From Acaryochloris thomasi RCC1774 (GTDB taxonomy: Bacteria; Cyanobacteriota; Cyanobacteriia; Thermosynechococcales; Thermosynechococcaceae): DNA of 32,000 bases. The position numbers and the translations under genes were made by a program. The stretch lies in assembly GCF_003231495.1 (NCBI RefSeq), contig NZ_PQWO01000005.1, positions 180,001-212,000 of the forward strand, written 5' to 3'. A model generated the notes under the pieces. That model ran no database searches and was not told where the DNA came from. It worked only from the letters and a program-made list of their open reading frames with translations. This document shows positions 8,965 through 17,303 of the stretch, one piece after another (the first letter of the stretch is position 1; each line of letters opens with the position of its first letter).

Positions 8965-9999
8965 ATGCGCCAGCCCCCTATCGATCCTGCATTCACAGAT
9001 CATTGGTTCTCTGCTCAGCAGCAGCAGGCAGTTGTGGAGAAACTCCGCAAGCGAGTCGGCCTGACGCGCATTCGAGCGCAGTATTTTGTACAGCTATGGG
9101 TTTATCTACTGGTCCAGCAAAAGCGCCAAGAGAATCCAAAGCTTCAGCCACCCCTGTCTCAGCTTGACTGCCCAGTGGGACCCATTTCTTGCACTCATCG
9201 AGAAGCGGCCAACCTGTTTTACAGCAACAAAGAGCAGGGAAGCGATCGCGCTGCCGGACTGATTCTCGACAAGCTAGCGGCTCTGGGATTATTAAAGAAA
9301 ACCTTTGACGGTAACACCACGCAAATTGCCATCCCTGAAATTCCTGAAATGCTGGGTGGCTCTGATAGCAAACCTGTGGTGAAATTGCTGCTTGATGACT
9401 TCGACCCTCGATGCGACGCCATTCCGATTGCCAACCTACTGGCGACTAACTATAGCTGGATGAACCAAAGTCTGCAGTCTACGCCCCACCGAATCGCTCA
9501 ACTTCTGCGCCTATGGGCGGGCCAGTATGGAACGGGAATGCGGGTTTTACGCCGTAGCGACAATCTTAATCCGATGGGGTTTTATCTGCTGTACCCTGTC
9601 GCCAGTGAATCTGAAGTGAACTTTTTTGAGGTAGCCCATCGAGGACTGCACCTGAGTTCCTTGAGTGATGCTGATCCGTTTGTGATGGCGACCCCAGGGG
9701 ATGAAACCTGCGTGGCGGTGTTTATTCGGAGCTGGATGATTGAGCCTGCATACCTTGAGTGCTATCGGGCAGAGTTTGTGGCGGATGCTCAGCAGACCTT
9801 ACTGAAGATGCAGAAAGATTTCCCCAACCTTTGCGATCTTTATACCTTGATGATTCACCCTAGTTTTGAAGCAATGACGGCAGCATTGGGTTTTCAGAAA
9901 CTGCAGCAAGCACCATCGTCTATCTATTGGGTCTATTTAGCCCTCGATCGCTTTTTGTCACTTGATGTATCAATGCAACTTGCTCGCGAAGAAGAATGA
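8965..9999 (+). CDS. Hypothetical protein (no domain I can name confidently)
   Basis: 344-aa ORF with composition like the neighbouring genes. A helix-turn-helix-like stretch (THREAANLFYSNKEQGSDRAAGLILDKLAALGLLKK) is only a guess. The C-terminal half vaguely resembles an acyltransferase fold. Confidence 0.55.
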   Translation: MRQPPIDPAFTDHWFSAQQQQAVVEKLRKRVGLTRIRAQYFVQLWVYLLVQQKRQENPKLQPPLSQLDCPVGPISCTHREAANLFYSNKEQGSDRAAGLILDKLAALGLLKKTFDGNTTQIAIPEIPEMLGGSDSKPVVKLLLDDFDPRCDAIPIANLLATNYSWMNQSLQSTPHRIAQLLRLWAGQYGTGMRVLRRSDNLNPMGFYLLYPVASESEVNFFEVAHRGLHLSSLSDADPFVMATPGDETCVAVFIRSWMIEPAYLECYRAEFVADAQQTLLKMQKDFPNLCDLYTLMIHPSFEAMTAALGFQKLQQAPSSIYWVYLALDRFLSLDVSMQLAREEE

Positions 10000-10052
10000 G
10001 GGCGACAATCACATCTCATACTGAGTTTGAGTTGAGAGCTGCAGTTAGCACA

Positions 10053-11969
10053 TCAAGTTTTATTTTTTGTTTTTCCCCGACGATAAGCTTGTCTCGGATG
10101 AGTAGGGTTGTTTGGCATCCGTGCCTGCAAACGTTCATCTTTGAGCATGGGAGTGATGTAATGATTTCTCAATGTGTCAGGCTTACGCTTAAGTAACTCT
10201 GCTAACTCCCTTAACGTCAGCCATTTCTGCTCACATAATTTGAGAATAGTGGATTCCACCAGAGTCTTACTAATTTTTTTTGTTTCTCTAACAGGTGCTG
10301 CAACTTGAAGCAAATCAGCTTGTAGAGAATGACGCAAATGTTCGGAGCTACCTGACGTATGTTCGGAGCTACCTGATGTATGTTCGGAGCTACCTGATGT
10401 ATGTTCGGAGCTACCTGATGTATGTTCGGAGCTACCTGATGTATGTTCGGAGCTACCTGATGTATGTTCGGAGCTGTATTCTCTCTCTTCAAGAGTCGGC
10501 CATCGATATTGCGTACCGCGACCATGGCCTTCTTTTTGTAGCCAGCCTGATCCCACAAATTGTTTGAGTCTGTCTCCAATATCCCTTGGATGTTGCTGGC
10601 AGTAGGGCTGAATATCGGCGTTGCGGATTTTGTTGAACCCTCGGGCCAAAAGAAGAATGAGTCGTCCAAGCTCATCGAGTGAGCTGTAAGAACAACCAAC
10701 GACAGCCTTCAATTCCTGCTTAACGTCTTCAGAAATCATGCTGACTAATGGTAGGCCTACCATCGTTCCTTCTAAGACCAAATCTTCAGAAACAAGGGGC
10801 ATGAGCCAGGACTGTTCTCGCCATGCTCGCAAGACTTTTGGAAAACCTGAGCCTGCTTTTTCGCTAAGCCCGAGCATCTGAAACATTTTGAGGAGATTAG
10901 GATTTCGAGCATCACTCATGCCCCCGCGATAGAGCTGATCACGAGGAATGCGTAGGCGTCCGGGGTTGACGAAAACAAACTGATCAACGCGTTTAATAAT
11001 AGTAATGGCACGCGTTGTCTGGTGGTCTGCATGAACCAGGGTGTTGACTAAGGCTTCTCTCAAAGCGTCATGAACGTGGGTTTCTTCTTTACGAGTTGCA
11101 GTTTCGTCAAGAGCAAAAGGGACTTCGATATCTTCAACTAGTCGAGGATAGATTCGATAGTAGAAGTTGAACAAATTGGGTGCCCACTTACCATCAAGCG
11201 TAAGTCGATAGGTCCAACGAACATCTGGATCGTTGGATAACTGTTCTTGATAGTCCAAATGGTAGTTTGGAAGGGCATCAAGCAAGCTCCGTTCTTTTCC
11301 AAACATCAGCAGCCCTGCAAGGGTAACACCCTTCAGTTCGCTACTTCGATCTCGACGCCACCCGCCCAAGCTTTCTAAGAATTCACGGTTGTCTTGGGCG
11401 AGGAATGGATGTTCAGGAGAGCGAGATACAAATCGATTGCGATAGGCGGTTAGTGACTCGGAATCTAAGTCGTCGAGTGTAAACCCTTCTAAAATTTGTC
11501 CGTCCAGTGCATTATCGCCAGCATCGCGAAGCATGAGTTTGACTTCGGCTTCTATGCAGCGATAATCGCCTTCATAATTACGCTTGAAGGTGCCCTTTAG
11601 AGGGTTGCCGTTGATATAGACAGGGCGTTGCTGCCGAACAACCCGAGGGATATGGATGCTAACGAGAATTTTGCCTGAAAGCGTGAGTATGGATACATCG
11701 GTTTCTCGGCAGACGGGATGGCTGAGCTTCTGAGGGTTGTTGTGGTTATCCCAAAAGGTTTTGAGGATGGAGTGGGGGTTGCGAACCCCTTCAATCGTGA
11801 AACCAAGACTTTGCTCTACAACACCCAAAAAGATGGTTCCCCCTTCGGTGTTGGCAAATGCTGACACCGTTTCCCAAGATGATTTTGGGAAGCCACCTGT
11901 TGCGGATTTAAATTCAAGCTCTTGATCTTCTCCAAGGTCGAGGATTTCTTGGAGTTCCTCTGGAGTCAT
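10053..11969 (-). CDS. AlbA_2 (Schlafen-like divergent AAA) / HATPase_c_4-type putative DNA-binding regulator with C-terminal winged helix
   Basis: 638 aa. The N-terminus LEFKSATGGFPKSSWETVSAFANTEGGTIFLGV is the AlbA_2/Schlafen-type signature. The middle region (ALREALVNTLVHADH...) resembles the associated ATPase-like domain. The C-terminal part (WLTLRELAELLKRKPDTLRNHYITPMLKD) looks like a wHTH. The protein contains the SSEHTSG heptapeptide repeat. Confidence 0.8.
   Translation of the reverse strand: MTPEELQEILDLGEDQELEFKSATGGFPKSSWETVSAFANTEGGTIFLGVVEQSLGFTIEGVRNPHSILKTFWDNHNNPQKLSHPVCRETDVSILTLSGKILVSIHIPRVVRQQRPVYINGNPLKGTFKRNYEGDYRCIEAEVKLMLRDAGDNALDGQILEGFTLDDLDSESLTAYRNRFVSRSPEHPFLAQDNREFLESLGGWRRDRSSELKGVTLAGLLMFGKERSLLDALPNYHLDYQEQLSNDPDVRWTYRLTLDGKWAPNLFNFYYRIYPRLVEDIEVPFALDETATRKEETHVHDALREALVNTLVHADHQTTRAITIIKRVDQFVFVNPGRLRIPRDQLYRGGMSDARNPNLLKMFQMLGLSEKAGSGFPKVLRAWREQSWLMPLVSEDLVLEGTMVGLPLVSMISEDVKQELKAVVGCSYSSLDELGRLILLLARGFNKIRNADIQPYCQQHPRDIGDRLKQFVGSGWLQKEGHGRGTQYRWPTLEEREYSSEHTSGSSEHTSGSSEHTSGSSEHTSGSSEHTSGSSEHTSGSSEHLRHSLQADLLQVAAPVRETKKISKTLVESTILKLCEQKWLTLRELAELLKRKPDTLRNHYITPMLKDERLQARMPNNPTHPRQAYRRGKTKNKT
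10338..10475. repeat. In-frame 21-bp tandem repeat, 6 full units plus 12 bp (plus-strand unit ATGTTCGGAGCTACCTGATGT)
   Basis: Units start at 10338, 10359, 10380, 10401, 10422 and 10443, with a partial unit at 10464..10475. Units 2-6 are identical. Unit 1 has C instead of T at 10356, which is synonymous. The repeat encodes (SSEHTSG)x6 + SSEH on the minus strand. Confidence 0.95.
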
Positions 11970-12128
11970 AGCAATCGAGTTTTCTAGTGAGTCGTGTCTG
12001 CATTATGCCCTGCCCTAAGCGATTGGAGCATCAATGCAGTAGAGGAGATGCAGCCTTCATCCGCCACACCTTGCGTAAAAGCACCCAGCTACAACGATAA
12101 TTTCGTATCTGCCCCTGGAGATCGATCT

Positions 12129-13292
12129 ATGATGTCACCCACGGCGATTCTGATGACGGCGGTCATTGTTCTTTCTTCCTTTTTGCCTCTTACCGCCCTG
12201 AGTTACAATCTTTTCCGACACGATCGCAGCACTCTAGAGATTAATCGCATTCTTGATTTGCTGCAGGTGGATAGCGACTATCGCAACGTTTTTGTAGTAG
12301 CAGAATCCCACAAATTTGGTGAACATCTGCAACTGTTCTGGGCTGTTGCCTATGCCACAGTGATCTCCTGTATTGGTCTATCGATGCTACTGCTGGCTCC
12401 TCAGCTGGGCTTCACAGAATTTCCGAAAGTAGAAGTACTCCATTTCCCCCAACCCGGTTCTCGATTGATTTTTGGCATGGCCTTTTTAGGAGCCTATGTC
12501 TGGGGACTGCACTATATTTTTCAGCGATATTCCCTCAACGATTTGGTCTCTACTGTCTACTACAGCCTGGGTATTCGGATGCTGCTGGCCTCTCTAACCG
12601 CGCTGGTCATGTACAACGCCACAGATTCTCTATTAGGGAGCGAAAGTGGTGAAATTATGGCAACGCTATGGCCCGCCCTCGCCTTTTTGATTGGCATGTT
12701 TCCACGTTCGGGGCTGCGCTGGCTAATGGAACGAGTGCCCATGCTCTCGTCAGAAGAGCACCCGTCAGTTCGCAGAGCGCCTTTAACGATGATTGAAGGG
12801 ATTGGTAGTTATGACAGCCTGCGCTTAGAAGAGCTAGGTATCGATACCTGTTATGACTTAGCCACCGCTGATTTTGTCCCGCTGATTCTCAAGACCCCCT
12901 ACAGTGCTCGACAGCTCGTAGACTGGATTCTGCAAGCCAAGCTGTGTGCTTGCTTTGGTGAAGGCGTCAAGGATCTGCGGACCAATGGTCTACGCACCAT
13001 TATCGATCTGAAGGCTTTAGAAAACGATGATCTAGAAGAGTTAGCTGCCGAAACATCGTTGACCCGTTCCGCGTTGAGAAATGCCAAAGATGCCGTTAGA
13101 GCCGATCTCGAAATCAAGCGTTTACAGCGCATCGGTACGCTTCTCAGTCAATTTACACGTTATGAAGCAGCGGATCAGGACTCAACTGAAGTGGTTCAAG
13201 CAGAGCAGCAGCGAGCCGTTCGGGCAGAGCGATCGCTCACTCAGCTACACAGCAAGCTGCAGCAACAAGGGATTGAAGTCGATAGTTTGTAA
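12129..13292 (+). CDS. Multi-pass membrane protein with a C-terminal tandem helix-hairpin-helix-like (DUF4332-like) region and coiled coil
   Basis: The track ORF starts at GTG 11994. I prefer ATG 12129 (MMSPTAILMTAVIVLSSFLPL...), just before the first hydrophobic helix. There are about 5 TM segments, then IEGIGSYDSLRLEELGIDTCYDLA and GEGVKDLRTNGLRTIIDLKAL (HhH-like), then a charged helical tail. Confidence 0.6.
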   Translation: MMSPTAILMTAVIVLSSFLPLTALSYNLFRHDRSTLEINRILDLLQVDSDYRNVFVVAESHKFGEHLQLFWAVAYATVISCIGLSMLLLAPQLGFTEFPKVEVLHFPQPGSRLIFGMAFLGAYVWGLHYIFQRYSLNDLVSTVYYSLGIRMLLASLTALVMYNATDSLLGSESGEIMATLWPALAFLIGMFPRSGLRWLMERVPMLSSEEHPSVRRAPLTMIEGIGSYDSLRLEELGIDTCYDLATADFVPLILKTPYSARQLVDWILQAKLCACFGEGVKDLRTNGLRTIIDLKALENDDLEELAAETSLTRSALRNAKDAVRADLEIKRLQRIGTLLSQFTRYEAADQDSTEVVQAEQQRAVRAERSLTQLHSKLQQQGIEVDSL

Positions 13293-13312
13293 GGTGTGGC
13301 TCACCTACACAT

Positions 13313-14164
13313 TCACTTTGTCCTAGCTTCGCGAATCGCCAGCGCAATGCCTCCCAAAATGGCGAAGGAAGCTATAAAAAGACGCACCGTCAGATCCTCT
13401 CCTAGGAAAATGATGCCGCCAATGGCTGCGATCACGGGGACGCTGAGCTGTACGGTGGCGGCAGAGGTGGCTTTCAGGTTCTTTAGAGCGATGTACCAGA
13501 GAGTATAGACAACGCCCGAGGCCAGGGTACCGGAGGCGATCGCCCATAGGCCACCTGTTGCGATCGCAGCTAATGAAGCGCTTGGAACCATCGCTATCCC
13601 CAAGGCCACCGCAAACGGAGCGGCGTGCAAAAAATTACCCGCCGTCACGCGAATGGGGTCGCTGGCACCTCTACCCCGCAAAGAATAAATTCCCCAGGCC
13701 ACACCAGAGCCCAACATCAAGCTAGAACTCAGTATTGGTGGCGCTGAGACACCGGGCAACACAAGCCCCACAAGTCCGCCAAATGCGAGTATAAAACCGC
13801 AGATCTGACGCTTGCTTAAGCGTTCTCCCTTCCAGAGACCGTAGCCGATCATCGTGGCCTGTACTGCCCCAAACAGTAGTAAAGCCCCTGTGCCTGCCGT
13901 TAGCTCGACATATGCAAATGAAAAGGCTGTGGCATAGATGAATAGGGCCACAGCCGATCTCCAACTGCCAGCAGACCTGACTTTCCGGCCACGCCACTGG
14001 CTGATCAGCCATAGCACTAAGGCACCGGACAGAATCCGAATTGCGGTGAATGTTCCTGCATCAATGGCTGTTTCTTTGAGTGCTAACCGGCAGAGAATAG
14101 AGTTGCCAGCAAACGCGAACATTGCTAGCGAAGTGAGAATCCAGCTGCACGTACTGGCCGTCAC
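13313..14164 (-). CDS. EamA/DMT-family transporter
   Basis: 283 aa with 10 predicted hydrophobic helices and duplicated EamA-like halves. Confidence 0.8.
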   Translation of the reverse strand: MTASTCSWILTSLAMFAFAGNSILCRLALKETAIDAGTFTAIRILSGALVLWLISQWRGRKVRSAGSWRSAVALFIYATAFSFAYVELTAGTGALLLFGAVQATMIGYGLWKGERLSKRQICGFILAFGGLVGLVLPGVSAPPILSSSLMLGSGVAWGIYSLRGRGASDPIRVTAGNFLHAAPFAVALGIAMVPSASLAAIATGGLWAIASGTLASGVVYTLWYIALKNLKATSAATVQLSVPVIAAIGGIIFLGEDLTVRLFIASFAILGGIALAIREARTK

Positions 14165-14216
14165 AACAAGCCGTCAAGCATGAGACTCAATGCGTCTTTG
14201 CTGCGGTTGGTAGCGG

Positions 14217-15287
14217 CTAAATCCACGGATCATCATCCTCTAAATCTTTTAGGGGAATATCTCCGAGGCCTGAACTCCAGGTGTGTTCTTCGGGATCGGA
14301 TTGCTCTGTTTTGAGATCTGCTGAGACGAGTTGAGGATCATTGGGGAAAGAGGAGACTTGAGAATCGTCTAAAGATAGATCTTCCCAAGGGTCCGAAGCC
14401 TTCTCTGCTGGAGAAGCATCGTCCTGGCTCAGAGAGTCCCAGACAACGTCGTCGTCTTGCAAACTGGTGTCGGGGGGCGATGGCCGGGAGTCTGTGAAAG
14501 TCAGATCTTCTAAGCTAAATTCTTCGCCAAGATTGCGAGCTTGCTCTTGAACCCGCGAGAAGAGCGATTGACCGCGCTGCTTTGCCGTTTGCGTCAGATT
14601 TTGAGTCTCTTCAGTCAACTGCTGTCCCAAGCTTTGCACCTGCTGAGTGGCTTGCTCAGTTAAGGATTGAACTCTATGGGTGGCTTGGTCGGTCACCTGA
14701 TAGAGTTGATCGCTAGCCTGGTGAGTGAGGTCAGCAAAGCGAGACTGAATGCGATCGCCTGCCTTGGCTAACTTCTCTTCTAGGCCTGGTTGATAAATTT
14801 TAGGTTTGTGGGTAACGGTACCAGAAACAAAGACTCGCTTTTTCCCGAACCGTTGGATGCTGCCGGTGGGGAGTTGATAAACACCGCCTGTTACCCCTCG
14901 CCAGCCGTCTGAGCGAAATAAGTATTGGGTGATCACGCCGGATCTGAGGTCAAAAAGACAGTCAATGATTTTGCCGATTTTGTTGCCTTTATCGCTCCAG
15001 ACCTCTAGGCCAATCAAAGACTCTAACAGTTTGACTTCGCTGGTGTTGGTGCCCACCGCGTTTCCGTTGGCGACAATGCTTTTTGGCCCGAGCTGGTGAA
15101 TTTGCTTAAGATTGAACGCTAACTTCGGTCCCCCAAGTGGTCCTGTTTTGCAGATAAAACCTAGGACACGGTGGGCAGGTGGATGCATCCATACCACTTC
15201 GACGCGGCCCAGCTCATCGGTGGTGGCGCGGTCAATGACCAGAAGATTCAGCAGATCGCGGTGACGGACAAGTTTTGATGCACTCAA
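14217..15287 (-). CDS. PRC-barrel domain protein with 11-residue repeat region and acidic tail
   Basis: 356 aa with a TTG start. The N-terminal half has two PRC-barrel-like segments (LLVIDRATTDELGRVEVVW; GLEVWSDKGNKIGKIIDCLFDLRSGVI). Residues 199-253 form tandem 11-mers. The C-terminus is rich in D/E/S/P. Confidence 0.7.
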   Translation of the reverse strand: MSASKLVRHRDLLNLLVIDRATTDELGRVEVVWMHPPAHRVLGFICKTGPLGGPKLAFNLKQIHQLGPKSIVANGNAVGTNTSEVKLLESLIGLEVWSDKGNKIGKIIDCLFDLRSGVITQYLFRSDGWRGVTGGVYQLPTGSIQRFGKKRVFVSGTVTHKPKIYQPGLEEKLAKAGDRIQSRFADLTHQASDQLYQVTDQATHRVQSLTEQATQQVQSLGQQLTEETQNLTQTAKQRGQSLFSRVQEQARNLGEEFSLEDLTFTDSRPSPPDTSLQDDDVVWDSLSQDDASPAEKASDPWEDLSLDDSQVSSFPNDPQLVSADLKTEQSDPEEHTWSSGLGDIPLKDLEDDDPWI

Positions 15288-15395
15288 GACATTATTCCAG
15301 CTATCGCTATGGCACTCCTCAGTGCTTCTTTTCCAACTATAGTTCTTTTGCTGAGAGCCATTATCGTTTTTTGATGGCCTGCGAGGTGTCTTTTT

Positions 15396-16106
15396 TTAAG
15401 CTGCTGTCAGGACTGTATTGGTCTGCAGCCTGCCGTCTTCCATATGGACGATGCGATCGGCGACATCCAAAATGCGGTTGTCGTGGGTGACCATTAAAAT
15501 CGTGCAGCCCTGCTCTTTCGCAAGTTTCTGCATTAAATTCACAACGTCTCTGCCTGATTTACTATCAAGGGCGGCTGTGGGTTCATCGGCTAAGACAACA
15601 GCCGGATGGCTGACGAGGGCACGTGCGATCGCAACCCGCTGCTTCATTCCCCCCGACAAATTCTCAGGATATTTATGAACATGATCCCCTAGCCCCACAT
15701 GGGTGAGCATTTCCACGGCTCGGGTCTGCATCTCTGCCCAGCTCAGCTTTCCCTGCACCTCTAACCCCATCCGCACATTCTCTAAAGCCGTGAGGCTGCG
15801 ATGGAGGTTGTGGGCCTGAAAGATATAGCCATTGTTGCGCCTAGCCTGCACAAGTTTCTCTGAGGATGCATTACAGAGTTCTTGGCCCAGAAGTTTAAGA
15901 CTGCCTGATTGCGGCGATCGCAACCCCCCCACCATTGTCAGAATTGTCGTCTTACCTGAACCTGATGGCCCCGTCATAATCACGATCTCTCCGGCAAAAA
16001 TCTCTAAACAGATATCGAAGAGCACCTGCTTACGAAGCTGGCCTTCACCAAAGGAATGATCCAGGTGGTTAATGGAGATGACGGGGGCTGAGGAGTGAAT
16101 GGACAT
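15396..16106 (-). CDS. devA: DevA-family ABC exporter ATP-binding subunit
   Basis: 236 aa with Walker A GPSGSGKTT, ABC signature LSGGMKQRVAIARAL and Walker B VVLADEPT. It sits in devB-devC-devA gene order. Confidence 0.85.
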   Translation of the reverse strand: MSIHSSAPVISINHLDHSFGEGQLRKQVLFDICLEIFAGEIVIMTGPSGSGKTTILTMVGGLRSPQSGSLKLLGQELCNASSEKLVQARRNNGYIFQAHNLHRSLTALENVRMGLEVQGKLSWAEMQTRAVEMLTHVGLGDHVHKYPENLSGGMKQRVAIARALVSHPAVVLADEPTAALDSKSGRDVVNLMQKLAKEQGCTILMVTHDNRILDVADRIVHMEDGRLQTNTVLTAA

Positions 16107-16127
16107 GGAGAGAATGGATAATAGATC

Positions 16128-17303
16128 TTAAAAAATATCAGCGGGATCAGCAGACTGCAATCGTCGTGTCGCAACCACACCGGACACGTTACACATCACC
16201 AGCGTTAACGTAAAGACGATTAAAACGCGTCCTAGATCCATTGCTAGCGGCAGAGCTGTGGCTGCGCTGGTCAACTTATAAAGCCCGAGAGAGACGCCGA
16301 CGCCCGGCAAAAAGCCCAGCGCAGCAAGAATAACTGCCTCTTCAAAAATGACGCCCAGCAGATAGCGGTGCCGATAGCCCATTGCCTTGAAAGTGGCATA
16401 CTCTGCCATGTGATCGTTCACATCAGTAGACAGAATCTGGTACACAATCACAACGCCCACAATGAAGCCCATCACAGCCCCTAGGCTAAACACAAAGCTA
16501 ATGGCGGAATTCTTCTTGATGTAGTCGGTTTCAAAGGTGACAAAGCCTTCTTGGGTGAGAGCCTGAACATCTTCAGGTAGCTGAGCATTTAGGGTCGCAA
16601 CAATCTGCTCTAGATCTGCGCCAGGTTCAACTTTCACCAAGCCCAGGTTGACGGTGCTGGCCTCTCGCCTGCCGAAGAGCCGGAGAAAATTTTGGTCGCT
16701 GGTCATCAGCACGCCATCTGTGGTGAAAGAAGCGCCGACTTCAAATAAACCGTCAATGGTGACGGTGCGCTTATCGATTTCAGTGGTGGCGGTTTGCCCC
16801 TGCTCCAGTTGAGCAATCAGATCGGTATAGTCGCCTCGGGTACCGCGATCAAACAGCAACGTATCTGGCAGCTTCATCCTGTCTCGATTTTGGCTGACCT
16901 CCGGCAGCATAAAGGCAGGACGATCGGGATTCATGCCCACCAGTAGCATGGAGGTTTTTTTCTGCGTTGTGGGATGCTTCCAGTCAGTGAACCCAATGTA
17001 AAGGGCATCGGCTGACTGGATCCCTGGAACATCCATTGACTGATACAGCCGCCGTCGAGGAAAGGTCGAGAGGTTGCTGAGGTTACGGGCCTGGGGACTA
17101 AGAAGAACAATATCGGCGTCGATCTGCCGGTGGAGCTTGACGTTGGATTCAAACAGCGCCCCCATAAAGCCGAGTTGCATAAAGATCAGAATGTCGGCGA
17201 AGGTGATCCCGGCAATTGCAACGGCCAATCGTGTTTTGTCATGCCGGAGCTGTAGCCACCCCAGCGGCGTTCGCTGCTTGAGTTTCGTGATAAAGCCGAT
17301 CAC
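16128..17303 (-). CDS. devC: DevC-family ABC exporter permease (FtsX-like)
   Basis: 391 aa. One N-terminal TM, a large extracytoplasmic loop and three C-terminal TMs (FtsX/MacB topology). Its GTG start overlaps the devB stop (GTGA, 17300-17303). Confidence 0.85.
   Translation of the reverse strand: MIGFITKLKQRTPLGWLQLRHDKTRLAVAIAGITFADILIFMQLGFMGALFESNVKLHRQIDADIVLLSPQARNLSNLSTFPRRRLYQSMDVPGIQSADALYIGFTDWKHPTTQKKTSMLLVGMNPDRPAFMLPEVSQNRDRMKLPDTLLFDRGTRGDYTDLIAQLEQGQTATTEIDKRTVTIDGLFEVGASFTTDGVLMTSDQNFLRLFGRREASTVNLGLVKVEPGADLEQIVATLNAQLPEDVQALTQEGFVTFETDYIKKNSAISFVFSLGAVMGFIVGVVIVYQILSTDVNDHMAEYATFKAMGYRHRYLLGVIFEEAVILAALGFLPGVGVSLGLYKLTSAATALPLAMDLGRVLIVFTLTLVMCNVSGVVATRRLQSADPADIF

Noticed and set aside
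10338-10475. CRISPR array as an explanation for the 21-bp repeats
   Set aside because: The units are directly contiguous with no spacers, are shorter than typical CRISPR repeats, lie in frame within a CDS, and no cas genes are present.
10217-10699. Alternative-frame ORFs through the 21-bp repeat (minus 10217..10699 and plus 10295..10567)
   Set aside because: They stay open only because the tandem repeat lacks stops in several frames. They are nested inside the 638-aa AlbA_2-type gene, whose flanking sequence has real domain motifs.
13296-14183. ORFs 13296..13508 (+), 13323..13547 (-), 13722..14012 (-) and 13938..14183 (+)
   Set aside because: All overlap the 283-aa EamA transporter frame, which has a coherent 10-helix hydrophobic pattern. 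The alternatives are Arg/Ser/Pro-rich frame artefacts.
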